Source of the DNA: Tubiluchus corallicola
Lineage: Eukaryota; Animalia; Priapulida
Reading direction: 5' to 3'
Assembly (NCBI GenBank): GCA_030141605.1
Contig: JAQGDQ010000001.1
Coordinates: 1,488,001 to 1,552,000 of the forward strand
DNA: 64,000 nucleotides
The position numbers and the translations under genes are program-made. Position 1 is the first letter of the stretch; each line of letters opens with the position of its first letter. This document shows positions 12,212 through 25,209 of the stretch, one piece after another. The notes under the pieces were generated by a model. The model was not told the origin of the DNA and searched no databases. It was given only the letters and a program-made list of their open reading frames with translations.

Positions 12212-14177
12212 TTATAATGTAGCATAGTAGACAATACACGTGCAACAACAATTATATTCTCAAACAGTAAGTTATAAGTCACAGTCTACACGACAAAATT
12301 CTGTTGCCTGTCAAGCCCCAACTATGAAACAAATTCAAAAATGTGGTCCTTTGCCTAATCAAATGACTAATATGTTGAAGGCCAATATTTGGGCTGTTCA
12401 GGGAATATTTTATACATTTCGACGCACTGCAAGCCGATATCCAGCATTCCACATGGCTACAAAAGGACGACAAGACCAACTAATTATGTTGACAGCTCTA
12501 GCAGGAAAGAATCTACCTCCTTGTCAACGACAATTCTCTAAGGTGAAATAATGAAATGGCACTTTTTTCGTTAAATAGTTCTAAAATTGGTCACTTTATA
12601 ATAGTTAGTTTCTAAAGTTTTTAGTGCAAATATATGGCCTTCTGATGAATGTGTAAAACTTATTATGCTAAAAAACATTATTTTTAATATTCATACACAA
12701 CGCAAATGCCAATGTCAATGCAAACAAATTACGAACCACATTAACCACACAAAGGAAATTAAATTTGAAACAGAAATACCGAATGTCCTTAAAAACAAAA
12801 TGTAGGCCTACATGTAATGTATACAGTTAACAACAAAAGTTGCATTCAAGGTATAAAGTAAAACCTAAAAATGTAGCTGAACATAATGTCAGTAGCATAA
12901 ATAACATGCTAAAGCTAAAACAAACTTGTTAAATATAATTAAATCGATCATTTAAGCGACAGCATTATTAAAAATACCATTTCGTTACAGCTGTAACTAT
13001 AGTGTAATAGAACGATATTGTTCTAGCAACAAATCAACATCCACATGCTAAAACAGTTCATGTAAGAGGTAAAATGATATTTTGCGCAAACATTCCGTAA
13101 CGAAGTTCCCAATTTTTCCGCCTAGTAAAAATCAATACGCTTGCAAACGTGCATCAATAAGATAACTAGATAAGTTATTCAGAGCATAAAAATACAGAAT
13201 TCTAGGTTTAAACAAAATTTTAGTATCAAATAATCATATCAATAACGTCACAAAATGCAGACTGTCTTTCACAAAAACTGTGGTAAAAGTGTGATTGCAT
13301 GCTAATAGCATAACATAGTTTATTGTCTTACTATACAATGTAAACACAGTGCATTGATGCCTAAAGCCTGCTACAAATTTTCGAACTACTAAATATAAAT
13401 ATTAAAGCAAAAACAGCCAACACAACTAATCATTGCATGATTTCTTGAATTACTGTGTGCAATTGCATTCACACCAAAGTCAATTTAGAACAGACATATG
13501 TAAGGTAATCAGTTATGAACAAAAGACGTAAGAGGAATAGTGCACTCTAAGACGATGTCATTCGTACAAATTGTTTAAGATCCCATGCTGAAAAAGCTAA
13601 AGCGAAAGACTACTCGTGGTTTTGCTAAATTCTGAAAAGTTACAGCGAAATCCCATGTGGACTGTTGGGATTAGAACAATATTTTTGAACGCACTGTGCT
13701 TCATGCTTCAGCTAACCATTATATTATCACAATTATCATGTTATTTTTTGGCCACCAAAGAATCTACTTAAAACTGGCTTATTTACCTTCTAATAATAGA
13801 AAATGAGTTTTATAACAATTAGTCAATTTGTTTAAATTAAAGAACTTAAAACTGCAAATAACAGGTCTGTTTTTTTCAGTTTAGCTTAAACAATAATTTG
13901 CTTTAAAATGCATTTAGCAAAAAATGTTTCTATATGTATTAAATTGACAGCAAAAATTATATCAGTATGAATGTGAAACTTCTAAAATATGAAAGAAACG
14001 TATGCACGAAATTTGTACAAAATAATTTGCATGCGTATGATACTGAACTATCAACAACACGTGCCCAGTTTTCAGGCAGGTTAACTATTTATTGCCTAAT
14101 AATTATTATTAATAAAAAAATATAACACTGAAAAATGTGCGTGCCATGAACAGACCAAAGTTTTTAATTTCGCTTAC

Positions 14178-14231
14178 CTTTGAGCCGCGTTCATTAAAAA
14201 TTATTTCTACGTCTAAAATCGTTCCAAATTG
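14178..14231 (-). CDS. Rbfox1: Rbfox RRM exon, QFGTILDVEIIFNERGSK
   Basis: tttag|CAA...AAG|gtaagc; 54 nt, phase 0; nearly identical to known RBFOX RRMs. Confidence 0.97.
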
Positions 14232-14274
14232 CTAAAAATAAAGAAAAAATGCAACGTAATTAGAAAGACCTTCG

Positions 14275-14401
14275 TACGGAACCCCTAAAGGGACATAAGA
14301 AAAAAATTAGCCATTCCCGCGAGTTAATCGGGGGGGAACGAGTTAATAACACAGGAGAATGACTAAAAAAATTTTCCTTATGTCCCTTTAGGGACTCCGT
14401 A
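14275..14401. mobile_element. 127-bp MITE, IS3EU-like (TAC...GTA termini, 6-bp TSD)
   Basis: ~30-bp TIRs tacggaacccctaaagggacataag / cttatgtccctttagggactccgta; TSD CCTTCG at 14269-14274 and 14402-14407. Confidence 0.8.
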
Positions 14402-14602
14402 CCTTCGCAATAGAAGTTCAATTATATTATAATGATTATAACCGCATAACATTAAGTTATACATATGTGTAAAATAAAGTGGTTCAAAGTTTTGGCATTA
14501 CACTGTTATTGCAATTTTTGCTTTTCTTGAGATTCTTATCATCACCATTATTATTGTCATCGTTACTATCATTACCATCATCATCATCATTAGCACAAAT
14601 TA

Positions 14603-14776
<174 letters not shown>

Positions 14777-15412
14777 TTAAAATAAGAAAAAGAGTGGCAT
14801 TTTTGTCTCGGCCTATTATATAATATAGCACAAAATTCCACTGCTTTTACTAAAAGATATAAAGATGCAAAACTAAAACACATCATAGTGCATGTAAAAC
14901 AACTCAATGCTGCATCGCTTCGATTTTAATGAACTATATAGCTTCTAAATATCTTTAGTAAAGAGGGCATGAGCGGTACAGTATAACTATAAAAAAATCG
15001 CTGATAAAAATATATCAAAACACTCTATTGATTATTGCTATACAGTTAGTTTTCGATGTTTCACGTTATAATTATAGGGACTTATAAGTCTGTTATCTAT
15101 TCATTCCGTTAATCAGTCAATCTTCAGTCAGAATTTCAAAATAAACTTTGTTTTATAATTGAGACGAATTTCTTTGCGGCTACATACAGCTCTGCTTCCA
15201 TACACGCATGAATAATTATGGTAATGAAATTAAATTCTTGCTAACTACAAGGAAATCCTATTATCATATAAAACCCAGGCCACTCATTAGCGGCTTCCGT
15301 AATTAGACTTCATAAACGCGGCTTCATTTATGAGGAGGCAACTCATTTTAGTCATTTAATAAATTAAATCCGCCGCACGATTAGAGTGAAAACTGAGTAT
15401 TCACCAGCCTTC

Positions 15413-15436
15413 CTCTCTCTCTCTCTCTTCTTCTCT

Positions 15437-15515
<79 letters not shown>
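15413..15515. repeat. (CT)n microsatellite
   Basis: Directly visible. Confidence 0.98.
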
Positions 15516-15520
<5 letters not shown>

Positions 15521-17705
15521 TCTCCATCTCCCTTTTCTCTCCCCTTTCCTCACATTTCCGTAAAAGCCGTATCTCTACGGGAAATAAAGATTTTACTGAA
15601 TTTCAAAGCATTACGTTTACCAGAATTCTGAACGCAATTTTTAAAATACATATCATATCTATGCGCACTATATCATCGTAAAGCATTAATGCTTTCAAAT
15701 AAAAAATTGATTTTTGTTCAAATAATAAAGATAGAATTTTCAGCTGCGTGAGTAATTTTTGCTCATTAACACATGCGAACGCAAGCATATTAAATACAAA
15801 TGTAGTTATCAAGTAACATATGCACATTGACTGCATGTGTAGTGCAGGTATTAGTTAGTAAGTGATTAAACATATAAAGAATGGATGATAAATGAAAAAC
15901 AGAAAGAAAGAAAAAATGGGTACTTCTCGGGATTTAGATTAGAGTATCAAAATTATCAGTGTTGTTCGCGTACACCGTCTGTGTATTCATCCGCTGTGAC
16001 TTTAGAAACAAACTTTCATTCCAGTGAAAACATTTGGATTATTTACAGCTTAATTGTCTCTTAGTTTATTCGTTCCCTTGTTTATTTGTTCTTTTATGTA
16101 TTCGTTATTCATTCATTTCTTTGTTCATTCAATTATTCAGTTTGTTTGTTCATTTGCTTGCTTTTTCCATTTGTTTCCTCGCTCGTTCAATGCGGGCTGC
16201 CTCTGCTCGTTCATTCATTTCATTCGCTTTTTTTATCCTTCGTACTAACTACAATAAAACATCTAAGGATATAGTCGAATCAGACTCACAATTTGCTTTA
16301 TCTGAAATGTTTACAGTAGCCATACATTCAGGAGCTCAAACCGAGCTGAAGGTAATTAAAGGATAACAGGATAGGTCCTCTAATCTCGCCCCATCTGGTT
16401 CAGACAGACATGGTAAACTGAGTCACATACCATCCTCGGAGAGAGCCTTCTGCCAATGACAACTATCATTCCTGCTTCTGACGGATAATTTACGACAGAC
16501 GGAAGTTTCTGATTTAGAACAGGCACATGCCAAAGACATGCCAAAGCTTCATTTAATTGTCTCTTCGAGTTACCCACTGCAGATACCGTTTGGCGACTTA
16601 AAATTCAAATGACAGTTAAAAACGTGATTAACATCAAGTGACACGAAAACACTGATACTAATAGTTTAATGAATCGATTAAATAGAGAGTCTGAATCTTG
16701 CAATTAATATTTAAAAATATTTTGATAATGATTACCTGTTACATGCTATATATTACTCACTTGTTCGCGTACATGGAATTATCAGCTAGTTGAAAAATTA
16801 TTATTACATGTTATGTGTGTAAAGAATGCAGTCAATTACATAATTTACTTTAACAATAATGTATTCAGCACCGCAGTGGGACATAAATCTACAATCCATT
16901 TGTTAAAGCAAACGTGTAGTTTCAATGAATAAAAATATTTTTTTACCAAACATTTGTTAAGCTGTTTACTAGTTTAAATTTTATTGTGATGATATAGTCG
17001 CTGAAGAGAAACGACGCGTGTAACACCGAGTCGCCAGAGAGCAATTTAATATGCACAGTGAATACATTAGAGAAATACATGTATGCCATTATTAATTTTA
17101 CTCATTTCATTGAACATGTGGATAAATGGATTAAATACTGGAATCCTGCCTCTGAGAAATTCATGTAGGGCTTGGAAAACTTTTGGATTATGCGTGTTCA
17201 GTCTTTCGCGGACATGAATAAAATTCTAGTTCTGCATTCTGGCATGACTGTACGTAGGCCTATGATAGTGTCTCACAACACAAAGTAAGCACCAGTTATT
17301 AGCAATATGAAGGAATTGAAAGATGAAGCACAGTTAATTTTAGTGGTACGTGTGGGCTTTTGCTTTCTTAGGAAGTTGATTTTTAGTTTAAACGTTACTA
17401 AAGCTTTGGCCTGTTTAGGGGCATTTTAATTTGATACAAGCCACGTTTATCTTTATTACTTTTTCCACATTGATTTTTTTTACTTTTGTCATTTTCTAAA
17501 GCAAACGCTGAAATTTTTTATGCTACTCGTGTACAGTGCTACCACTAAAAAGTTTATCAAAAATTAAACATTTAGTATTAAATATTAATTAATGTCTTGC
17601 TGCAAATAGTCTAGTCTATATGGAGTAGTGTTACAAAATCTGTGTCTTTTTCTATTAAGCAATGGGAATTTATGCAATGATATTGTAAGCACTTTATTAT
17701 AACAA

Positions 17706-17712
<7 letters not shown>

Positions 17713-17791
<79 letters not shown>

Positions 17792-17836
17792 GTGTACGCG
17801 CGTGCGTATGTATGTGCGTGCGTGTGTGTGTGTGTG
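17713..17836. repeat. (TG)n microsatellite
   Basis: Directly visible. Confidence 0.98.
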
Positions 17837-18170
17837 TATGTATGTATGTGTATATACTGTGTAGTATGTGTCGTAGTGCTTGACCTATATAATATTCTTG
17901 TAATATATATCATATACAACATACAATATATATATATATAACAAGCACAGTTATAAAGTATTTGATGCCAACAATGACACGAAAATGGAAATGATATACG
18001 CTAGGAGTAAACGTAGGTAATGCTAAATAGCTCCGGTAGAGTGCTCGATTCTGGAAACCAGGGAAGTACATCAACATCCATGCCATGCCGTTTAACTGCG
18101 TTAATTATAATTACATGTAAATAGTTGATAGTCTTAGCAGTATATTTATGTTTACCGTTTGCAAACTAAC

Positions 18171-18389
18171 TGTTTGTTGCTCCACACCGTTGGCCGTAAC
18201 CGCCACACTGGTTGTCGGCGCTCCTACTACCGACAATTCTTTCAATTCTGCCGCCTGCGATGTCTGCGGATATGCGGCTTGGGCTGCTTGCGTGTAAACA
18301 GCCGCACCGGTAGGCACAACACCTTGGTCGTCTCCATTCTGGGCATACTGTGAGTAAACGGCTGGATTCATCTGCGCATGCACCATGTG
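18171..18389 (-). CDS. Rbfox1: Rbfox first constant exon, HMVHAQMNPAVYSQ...NGVEQQT (alternative donor at 18156 adds VSLQT)
   Basis: atttctttcag|CAC ATG, phase-0 acceptor; donor ACA|gttagt or ACG|gtaaac; GC-rich Ala/Gln-rich ORF in frame with the RRM exon. Confidence 0.9.
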
Positions 18390-19919
18390 CTGAAAGAAAT
18401 ATTGTAGTCATTAGGTAGATAGGTATCGGCCTAGTGGCCTACCAAGCTATCAGGCGAAAAAATATTCAATATCTCAGTTTATGTAGAAAAGAACGTCCTG
18501 CTCGGACCTCTTCGTTTATGTTATGCTAAAGACTTCATGCAGAAATCAGTTATCCGCGATTTTTGTATAATATCTACAATAATGTGTATACGTTGTGGGT
18601 AACTGCTCCTAGAAATCTAACATTTTAAGGCCTGGTGATGTTTCTTCCTTCTAAATTTTAGCAGGTTTCCAAACAATACCAAGGACTCTCTTATTTAAAA
18701 AAATAATATCAGATTCCGGAAATGTCGTGGCGAAGCACGTATAGACACTTTACAATACAGAAACAATACTTGTAAAATGAGTCAATAAAATACAGTATCA
18801 CTGAAACAATAAGTGTGATTTGCGTAATTATAATGACAATTTGCGTTCCGTTTTCAAGCTTGTCAAGGCACTTTTACAATATCACTCACACACACGAAGA
18901 ATTGAAACAAAGGACTGTCTGCTGGTATAGACCTACAGTAAGTTGAGTATTAAAAAAATCAACAGTAAACATCTATCCATTACATTCCACAGGCAGTATA
19001 AAAAGACAACAGACACAGCGTCATGCCGCTTCTAAAGTTTCCTCTGGATAAAGTTACTTGAAAGAATGTGGAATTCCTTTGGGAAGCGACTTCAAGATCA
19101 TACGAACATCTGGTCAATAGCTATAATGCTGTTCTTTTACACCAGTTGTATACTATCAGCGTAGTTATAATTTATCACATATAGTTATTCCAAAGAGTCT
19201 CGCAAGACTAAAAGCTAGATTAAATCTAAGAAATAAATACAGGACTACTGGTATTACGTTCATGAATTCCGCGAAAGAAAGCCATTAGAGAATTGGTAAA
19301 AACGGAATTCATATAGGCATTTCGATCAAGAGTCAAATTTATTTTTTTCTAAGTTCAGACACTGTACACTAAATTCGTCACACACATATGACACAATAAA
19401 TACAACAGGCAACTGTAGTTTCTAAAATTTCCATATATTGACGTGTAATGACGCTAAAAATCGGTGCATGCCATCGTACCTTTTGATGACAGTGGATTTA
19501 AAAATCTTAAAAGCAGAAGTTTCTGAAACTAAATGTAAGGTTATCTGGTGTAAAATTGAAGTGCCATACGCAAAAATCAAGTTGAATATAATTTACAAAA
19601 ACAAACTTTGCCAAGAAAATTTTCCTATAATATTTTTATATAATACATAGACTTGACAGCAGTTGTTGAGTTTCGTTTCTACTTACGATTGTAAGCGACT
19701 TCGAGAATGTTATCACAAAAACTGGAAACAGAAAATTCCTACGTATAACCCAACCTGATTTCTCTACAGAGATCTATGCTACCGAAGCTACAAAACAACT
19801 GTTTAGGCTACATGAGCAGTGTCGATCTTATGTGTTAATTTTTGTCCTTAAATCTTTAAAGCTGTCTATAGCCAATTTTAACCTTTGGGCAATTCAGGCA
19901 GTTTTATATTTACACTTAC

Positions 19920-19970
19920 ACCGAAACCCGAATCGCCCAGACTACAGCCCATACTGACAGATGTTTCCAT
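19920..19970 (-). CDS. Rbfox1: Candidate alternative first coding exon A, METSVSMGCSLGDSGFG (frame stays open to an ATG at 20093)
   Basis: ATG-initiated ORF ending at phase-0 donor GGT|gtaagt. Confidence 0.45.
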
Positions 19971-20791
19971 AAGGCCAAAATGTTTGTGTTTCCTCCGTAC
20001 TCCCCGGAAGAAATAATAAACAGTAGCGTTTTGATGTAAGACAGCTGGAGCCTGCAGATTAGCCCAAACTGCCCACGTGACTGCAAAGAACATCACCCCC
20101 AAAAATAAGACAACTACAGAAGGCAAATTCACTTGGCTGAAAGTTTCTTCTAACGTACATTAATTTTATTGCAATAGATCTTATAACAATCGAAAGACTG
20201 AAGAGACATCCAAAAATCTACATTTTAAACTCGGAATAATTCTGCTACTGGTACGTTGAGATGGCATTACATGTACCCTAAATTCAATATGAAGAACCTT
20301 CAAACTTAAAGTTTAAAGTTACGCTATACTTTAAGTTGATGGCACATTACACCGAGTTTATTAATGTTGTTGTTTAACTAAGTCAGCTCTTGGAATAAAA
20401 TTGGCCTTCTTCCAAAAACATTACACGCTGCGTTAATGGTAATGTAATAAATTTATTACTACTGACGGAAAAAGTGTGTACTGGTATTATGCTCCCTCTA
20501 CAAGAAAGGTATTTCTATTTTTTTACAAGAGCGCTCTATATAATGAGCCAATTGTGCACAAATGCAATTATTATATCAATTTTATGGAAACTGCGGAAAA
20601 TAAGGCCTTTAATGAAAATAACGAAATGAACGAACATTATTATTCGAATTATAAAACAAAATTTGACCAAAAAGAAGCAGATGTGAAAAAGTCGATATTG
20701 AGCCTGGATTTGAACCATGAATTACACGATCACCAGTCCCTTTGTGGTCACGGCACGGATAAATTTAAACCTGCTTAAAGAAACGTTATTT

Positions 20792-20850
20792 CTAGAGGCG
20801 TTTGGACTTGTAATCCAAAGGTCTTTGGTTCAAAAATTCAGACTCAGTCC
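20792..20850 (+). mobile_element. Possible degraded tRNA-derived SINE head
   Basis: tagaggcgtttggacttgtaatccaaaggtctttggttcaa resembles a tRNA anticodon stem-loop (ttgga-cttgtaa-tccaa) plus a B-box-like GGTTCAA; there is no complete cloverleaf. Confidence 0.3.
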
Positions 20851-22203
20851 CGACTTTTTTACGGATCATTCTCTTCGGTTAAATTTGGTTTCAAAATTCC
20901 AATAACAATAGATTTTTCTATCGTTAATCAACAGTAGTGATATTAAGATTAGAAATAATTGAACAATTATGCTATTACTATTTCACTGTAGTAAAGTAAT
21001 TATTAAGAAATAAGTTAAATTTAGTTTGTGCCAGCATCCCTTTACAGAAACTCCAACTATTTTTTCCTTGCAACCTAAGATTCTATTGCCATAGTACAAA
21101 CGTATAAGAAGTACTGGTTTCGGAAGTGAAAGATGTGCAAAAACAATATAATTTTAAGTCTTCTACGTGGCGATTACTTGATACTGTGTGATCCACGTGG
21201 TCGGAACAATAACATGACTAAATTCGCCGTATATCGTAAATGCTAACTGCAACTGTAAATGCTAAATGAAACCGTAACTGTAAAATGAACGGCAACTTTT
21301 TCTTAGTTTTTTCTTCCGCCCATCATTGGGCCCGACACGTGTCGTTTGTTTTTCATCAACAGCATAAGAAAACGGGAAAAGCTTTCACAAGCAATCAGAA
21401 TCCTAGGAGTGATGGAGTTGCGATGTTGACATTAAACACAAGAGAGCTAGTGTGCACGTAGTTTTTACTACCCGCCAGTTGTAATTTCTCCTAGGAAGTG
21501 AGGACCAGTAATTGCGCACTCAAAAGATAAATCTCACGTCTTTCTGTCACGAAGTTTCAGACAACGGAAAATATCGTTCTAATTAACGTACAAAGAAGAT
21601 CTATAAATAACAAATCTCTTGCCCCTAATAATGTTCTTCCGGCGTAAGTCTGTAGATCAGCAAAAAGGCGAGGTCAAACTAATTGTTTTTCAGATTAGCC
21701 TCTCCAAATCTTAGTCTACTAAGTTTGTCAGCTACGAGAATCTCTCTAATAAAAATCTTTAGCAACATTAATTTACAACACTCTATAATAGTCTCTTAAT
21801 TCTAACTGCAATGTTTTGTAAGAGTTTGCAACAAGTTTCTCAATTTTAGCACCAGATTACATCTTTCACAGTCGGCCGTTTGCATTATCTGAGGCTTACG
21901 TTTTGTAAGGGGTTCTGGTTGCATAGTTTAGCGGAATTAGGAATTATAGTTCTATCAACGGCATCTTGCGATAGTTTTCATTGCTTTGTGCTGCTAGTGA
22001 ATTTAATTACATAAAACCATCAATGCTTATTTAGTTTGTGTTCTCATCTAAAAAATAAATTATTGATCGAATACAATTTAAGTAATATGACTTGCTTAAA
22101 CGCCTCTTCCTTGCGTCAATAATAATTCAACTTTGTCCGATCCGCGTTTACGGCAACATTAAAGGCACCATCAAGAAGCAAGATTATAAAATTTAAAACC
22201 TAC

Positions 22204-22356
22204 CCATCCTCCAGCTGTGGGTAAAATCCACTGTGTGGCAGCAGCTGCTGCGCCTCCCGTCTGAGCCCAAACATCAACAGCAGCGGCCTTCTCATGACCA
22301 GCGTGAAACAAAGCCATGTTGGCCCTCTCCAAGTCTTGCACTTGATTCAGCATCAT
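22204..22356 (-). CDS. Rbfox1: Candidate alternative first or cassette exon B, MMLNQVQDLERANMALFHAGHEKAAAVDVWAQTGGAAAAATQWILPTAGGW
   Basis: GC-rich island, 51 codons, phase-0 donor TGG|gtaggt; preceded by ttgcag, so it could also be internal. Confidence 0.7.
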
Positions 22357-24879
22357 CTGCAACTTTCTTGTGAATAACCTTTGGTATATTTTTGTTAAGA
22401 AAACTAGCGCCTTGCCTTTTCAGTTAGTGTCAAAACGGCTTCATCAGAGCAGATTAATGACAACAGATGCTGCTGTTATATTTGAATTTTTTTCCTTTTC
22501 TGAATGTCCAGATTGTGTTACCGTAGCGTCTCCACAGTCTACTGCTTACTTATTTAAAATTTAAAATCCTTGAGGAGAATATTTAAAATATTGTCATACA
22601 CAGAATTACTCTACAACGATCGTATATTTTTCAATAAAGTTTACAAAATCGTTTTCCGTACTTAGAATGTGTTTAAATCACATGAACGTCACTCAACTTC
22701 GAAATCACGACGAATGAATAAATTATCGTTTATCGTGCAGATTTTATCAGATATTTTCGTTACACTGTACACAAGCGCAAAACTTAAAAAAGCGAAACTG
22801 TAGCTGTACGAGCATGTATCAAGTGTCACTAAAACTATTTCGCAAGCACAGCTTGCGCTACTGATCCACAGGGCAGCCCTAACTTCTGAGCAAATATTCG
22901 GTTTCAAAATGTCTGCTTTGCTGAAGTATATAATGGTTTGATATAACACAGGCACAGAGCTAAACCATTTAGCACTAGTAGTAAATATAAACTGAGAACT
23001 GATCTTTGCCTGATCTTTTCAACACACCACAAGTCAGACAATAATAATATAAAAAATAAACTCCAAAAGCTGAAGAAAGCAATGCGAGTATTCAAAATTT
23101 TTCGATATTCTCAAGTTGAATGCACAACTTTAAGCTTCAAGTTGAAAGTGACAACAGGAACTATACAGCCGCTAATCAGTTAGTAGCAAGCAGAAATAAT
23201 CTTCAGGCTGACACACCACAATTGCAACCAGAAAATCCATTAGACTGGCATACAAGCATCATTCTATCAACAACTCAGCAATACTGACGCGAAACCTTCC
23301 AGCTTCCTCAGTAAAATGGCTAATTGTAGAGGGATGTGGAGGTGTCCAAGTTCCACAATGTCTGCTAACCACATGTGTAAAGTGCATGATTAACTATACA
23401 TCATTTCTTTACATTACAACATCTTGGCGTGTTAGCTGAGAAATGCGAACATGTGGTACAAAGATGGTGGAACTTATCAAAGAAGCAGCTAGCGTGTAGA
23501 GGCCATTCTAAGCGCTAAAATTTATATTCTTTACCTTCTGCTTCATACAACAATTTTTTCTATATTTTTGTCGTTAAGTGAATGCTTGCTTGAAAAGACG
23601 CGGTAAATTGTTCAATGGAGTGTTCCAACTTACAGCCTTATAAGAGATCATTAGCTCTTACGTTAACAGTTTCGAGATAGGCGTACTATATTATAACGAC
23701 TTGCTTCACACCCGCATTGTAAGAAATATTGAGATATTAAAAAGGATACCAAATAAGCCGAGAAGTGTGTTAACATGTGTGCTAACAATGGGTAACAAAT
23801 AATAAATTTCGGTTTCATACTAATTAATTGTTCGCCAGTCTTGCAGACTTTGTAGTTCTTTACTGGTGGGATGAAAGCCGTAATTCTACGTTCTTTGATA
23901 GACCATGTGCACCCGCCATAAGTGGATCTAAAAATTTCCTACATTTTCTCGAAATTTAATCAACTTATATACGATATTTCGCAGGCTGCATTTTGTACAT
24001 TGATGAAATCCAATTTGCTAAAACAACGCGTTATATCGAAGGCGTCCTGTTATTCCGTTTGTGTCGAATTCATCAAATGCACGCAGTTTGCAATGACATT
24101 CACAAACTGTTAGCGATAAAATACGCAAAATGGCAAACGCGCTGAGCAATTTCTCTGGCTATAAAACCCTTTAAATTAAAAGAGCTCCATTAAATTTGCG
24201 AGTGTCGAGCTAGACGTCTTCCACAAATGCTCTCGAGATGTTGTATTGTACCACGTTTTACTTTTTTACTGTTGCTTGGGCACTGTTTCGATTCGCGAGT
24301 CGCTAACATTCCGAAGTTTTTGGAAAGCAGAAAACAAATAAACACAACAACTGAACTGGCACCAAAAGCTTTTCAAAATGATTAACGATTCAATTGAGAA
24401 AAGTAAGTCTGGACGAAAAAGTTAACAATTCATCGAGATATAACATATGAAATTTTCACCTGACAATTATATACGATAATGATGAAATTTTCAGGATGAT
24501 CACAGCTTTATGAAAATCATCATAAATTTTCCATTAAATGCGCAGTTTTATGGCACTGCATGTTGTCTGGCAAAAAGTGGCAAATTATCTATGCCAGGAA
24601 AAATTGTGGGCGCCACAGACCAGCCTGTACATAAGGCTTTACATAATTTGTCCCAGCGTATATTGATGTGTTATAAATGCACATAGTGACAGCGCATTAT
24701 TATGCTAATGCCACACGTTTTCCCTACGTCGAACCTTAATGGCAGTTATTACGAGAATCAGTAAATTTCAATGTCCTGCTACAAAAGTAACGAATTTGTG
24801 AAACGCGTAAAGCCTAAGAGAATCAAAACTCTGACAAAAACAAAATAAATAGATCGCCATAGCAAAACTATTATATAAA

Positions 24880-25045
24880 ATGACAACAATGACGATGGCA
24901 ATGACGACAATGACAACGACGACGACGACGATGGCGATAATGATTGTGATGATGATGACGATGATGATGATGATGATGATGATGATGAGGAGGAGGAGGA
25001 GGAGGAGGAGGAGGAGGAGGAGGAGGAGGAGGAGGAGGAGGAGGA
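24880..25045. repeat. Compound trinucleotide repeat (ACG/ATG)n(AGG)n
   Basis: Directly visible. Confidence 0.97.
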
Positions 25046-25083
25046 TCATGGTGATGACAATCGTGGCATAAAAAGCGTCTTAC

Positions 25084-25209
25084 CTCTTGTGACGATTTAA
25101 ACATTTGTTTATAGTAGTTGTATGGTACAACAACTGCTCCCCCTGTCTGAGGAACATAAGGTGCAGCCATACCAGCGGCCGCTATGGCATTTGATCCACT
25201 CAGAAACAT
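25084..25209 (-). CDS. Rbfox1: Candidate alternative first coding exon C, MFLSGSNAIAAAGMAAPYVPQTGGAVVVPYNYYKQMFKSSQE
   Basis: 42 codons, phase-0 donor GAG|gtaaga; strong acceptor at 25264 with an in-frame stop before the ATG, implying a 5' UTR portion. Confidence 0.72.

Noticed and set aside
18028-18070. tRNA-like A-box segment (tagctccggtagagtgctcg)
   Set aside because: No B box or cloverleaf; at most a SINE remnant.
19687-19721. 35-nt exon-like segment (tttccag|...ATC|gtaagt)
   Set aside because: Not frame-preserving, has an immediate stop in phase 0, and lacks other support.
20476-20778. 100-aa plus-strand ORF
   Set aside because: GTG start, AT-rich low-complexity composition and no recognisable domain.
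23535-23546. MKQK|gtaaag phase-0 mini first exon
   Set aside because: Too short to distinguish from chance and has no promoter cues; not counted in the array.
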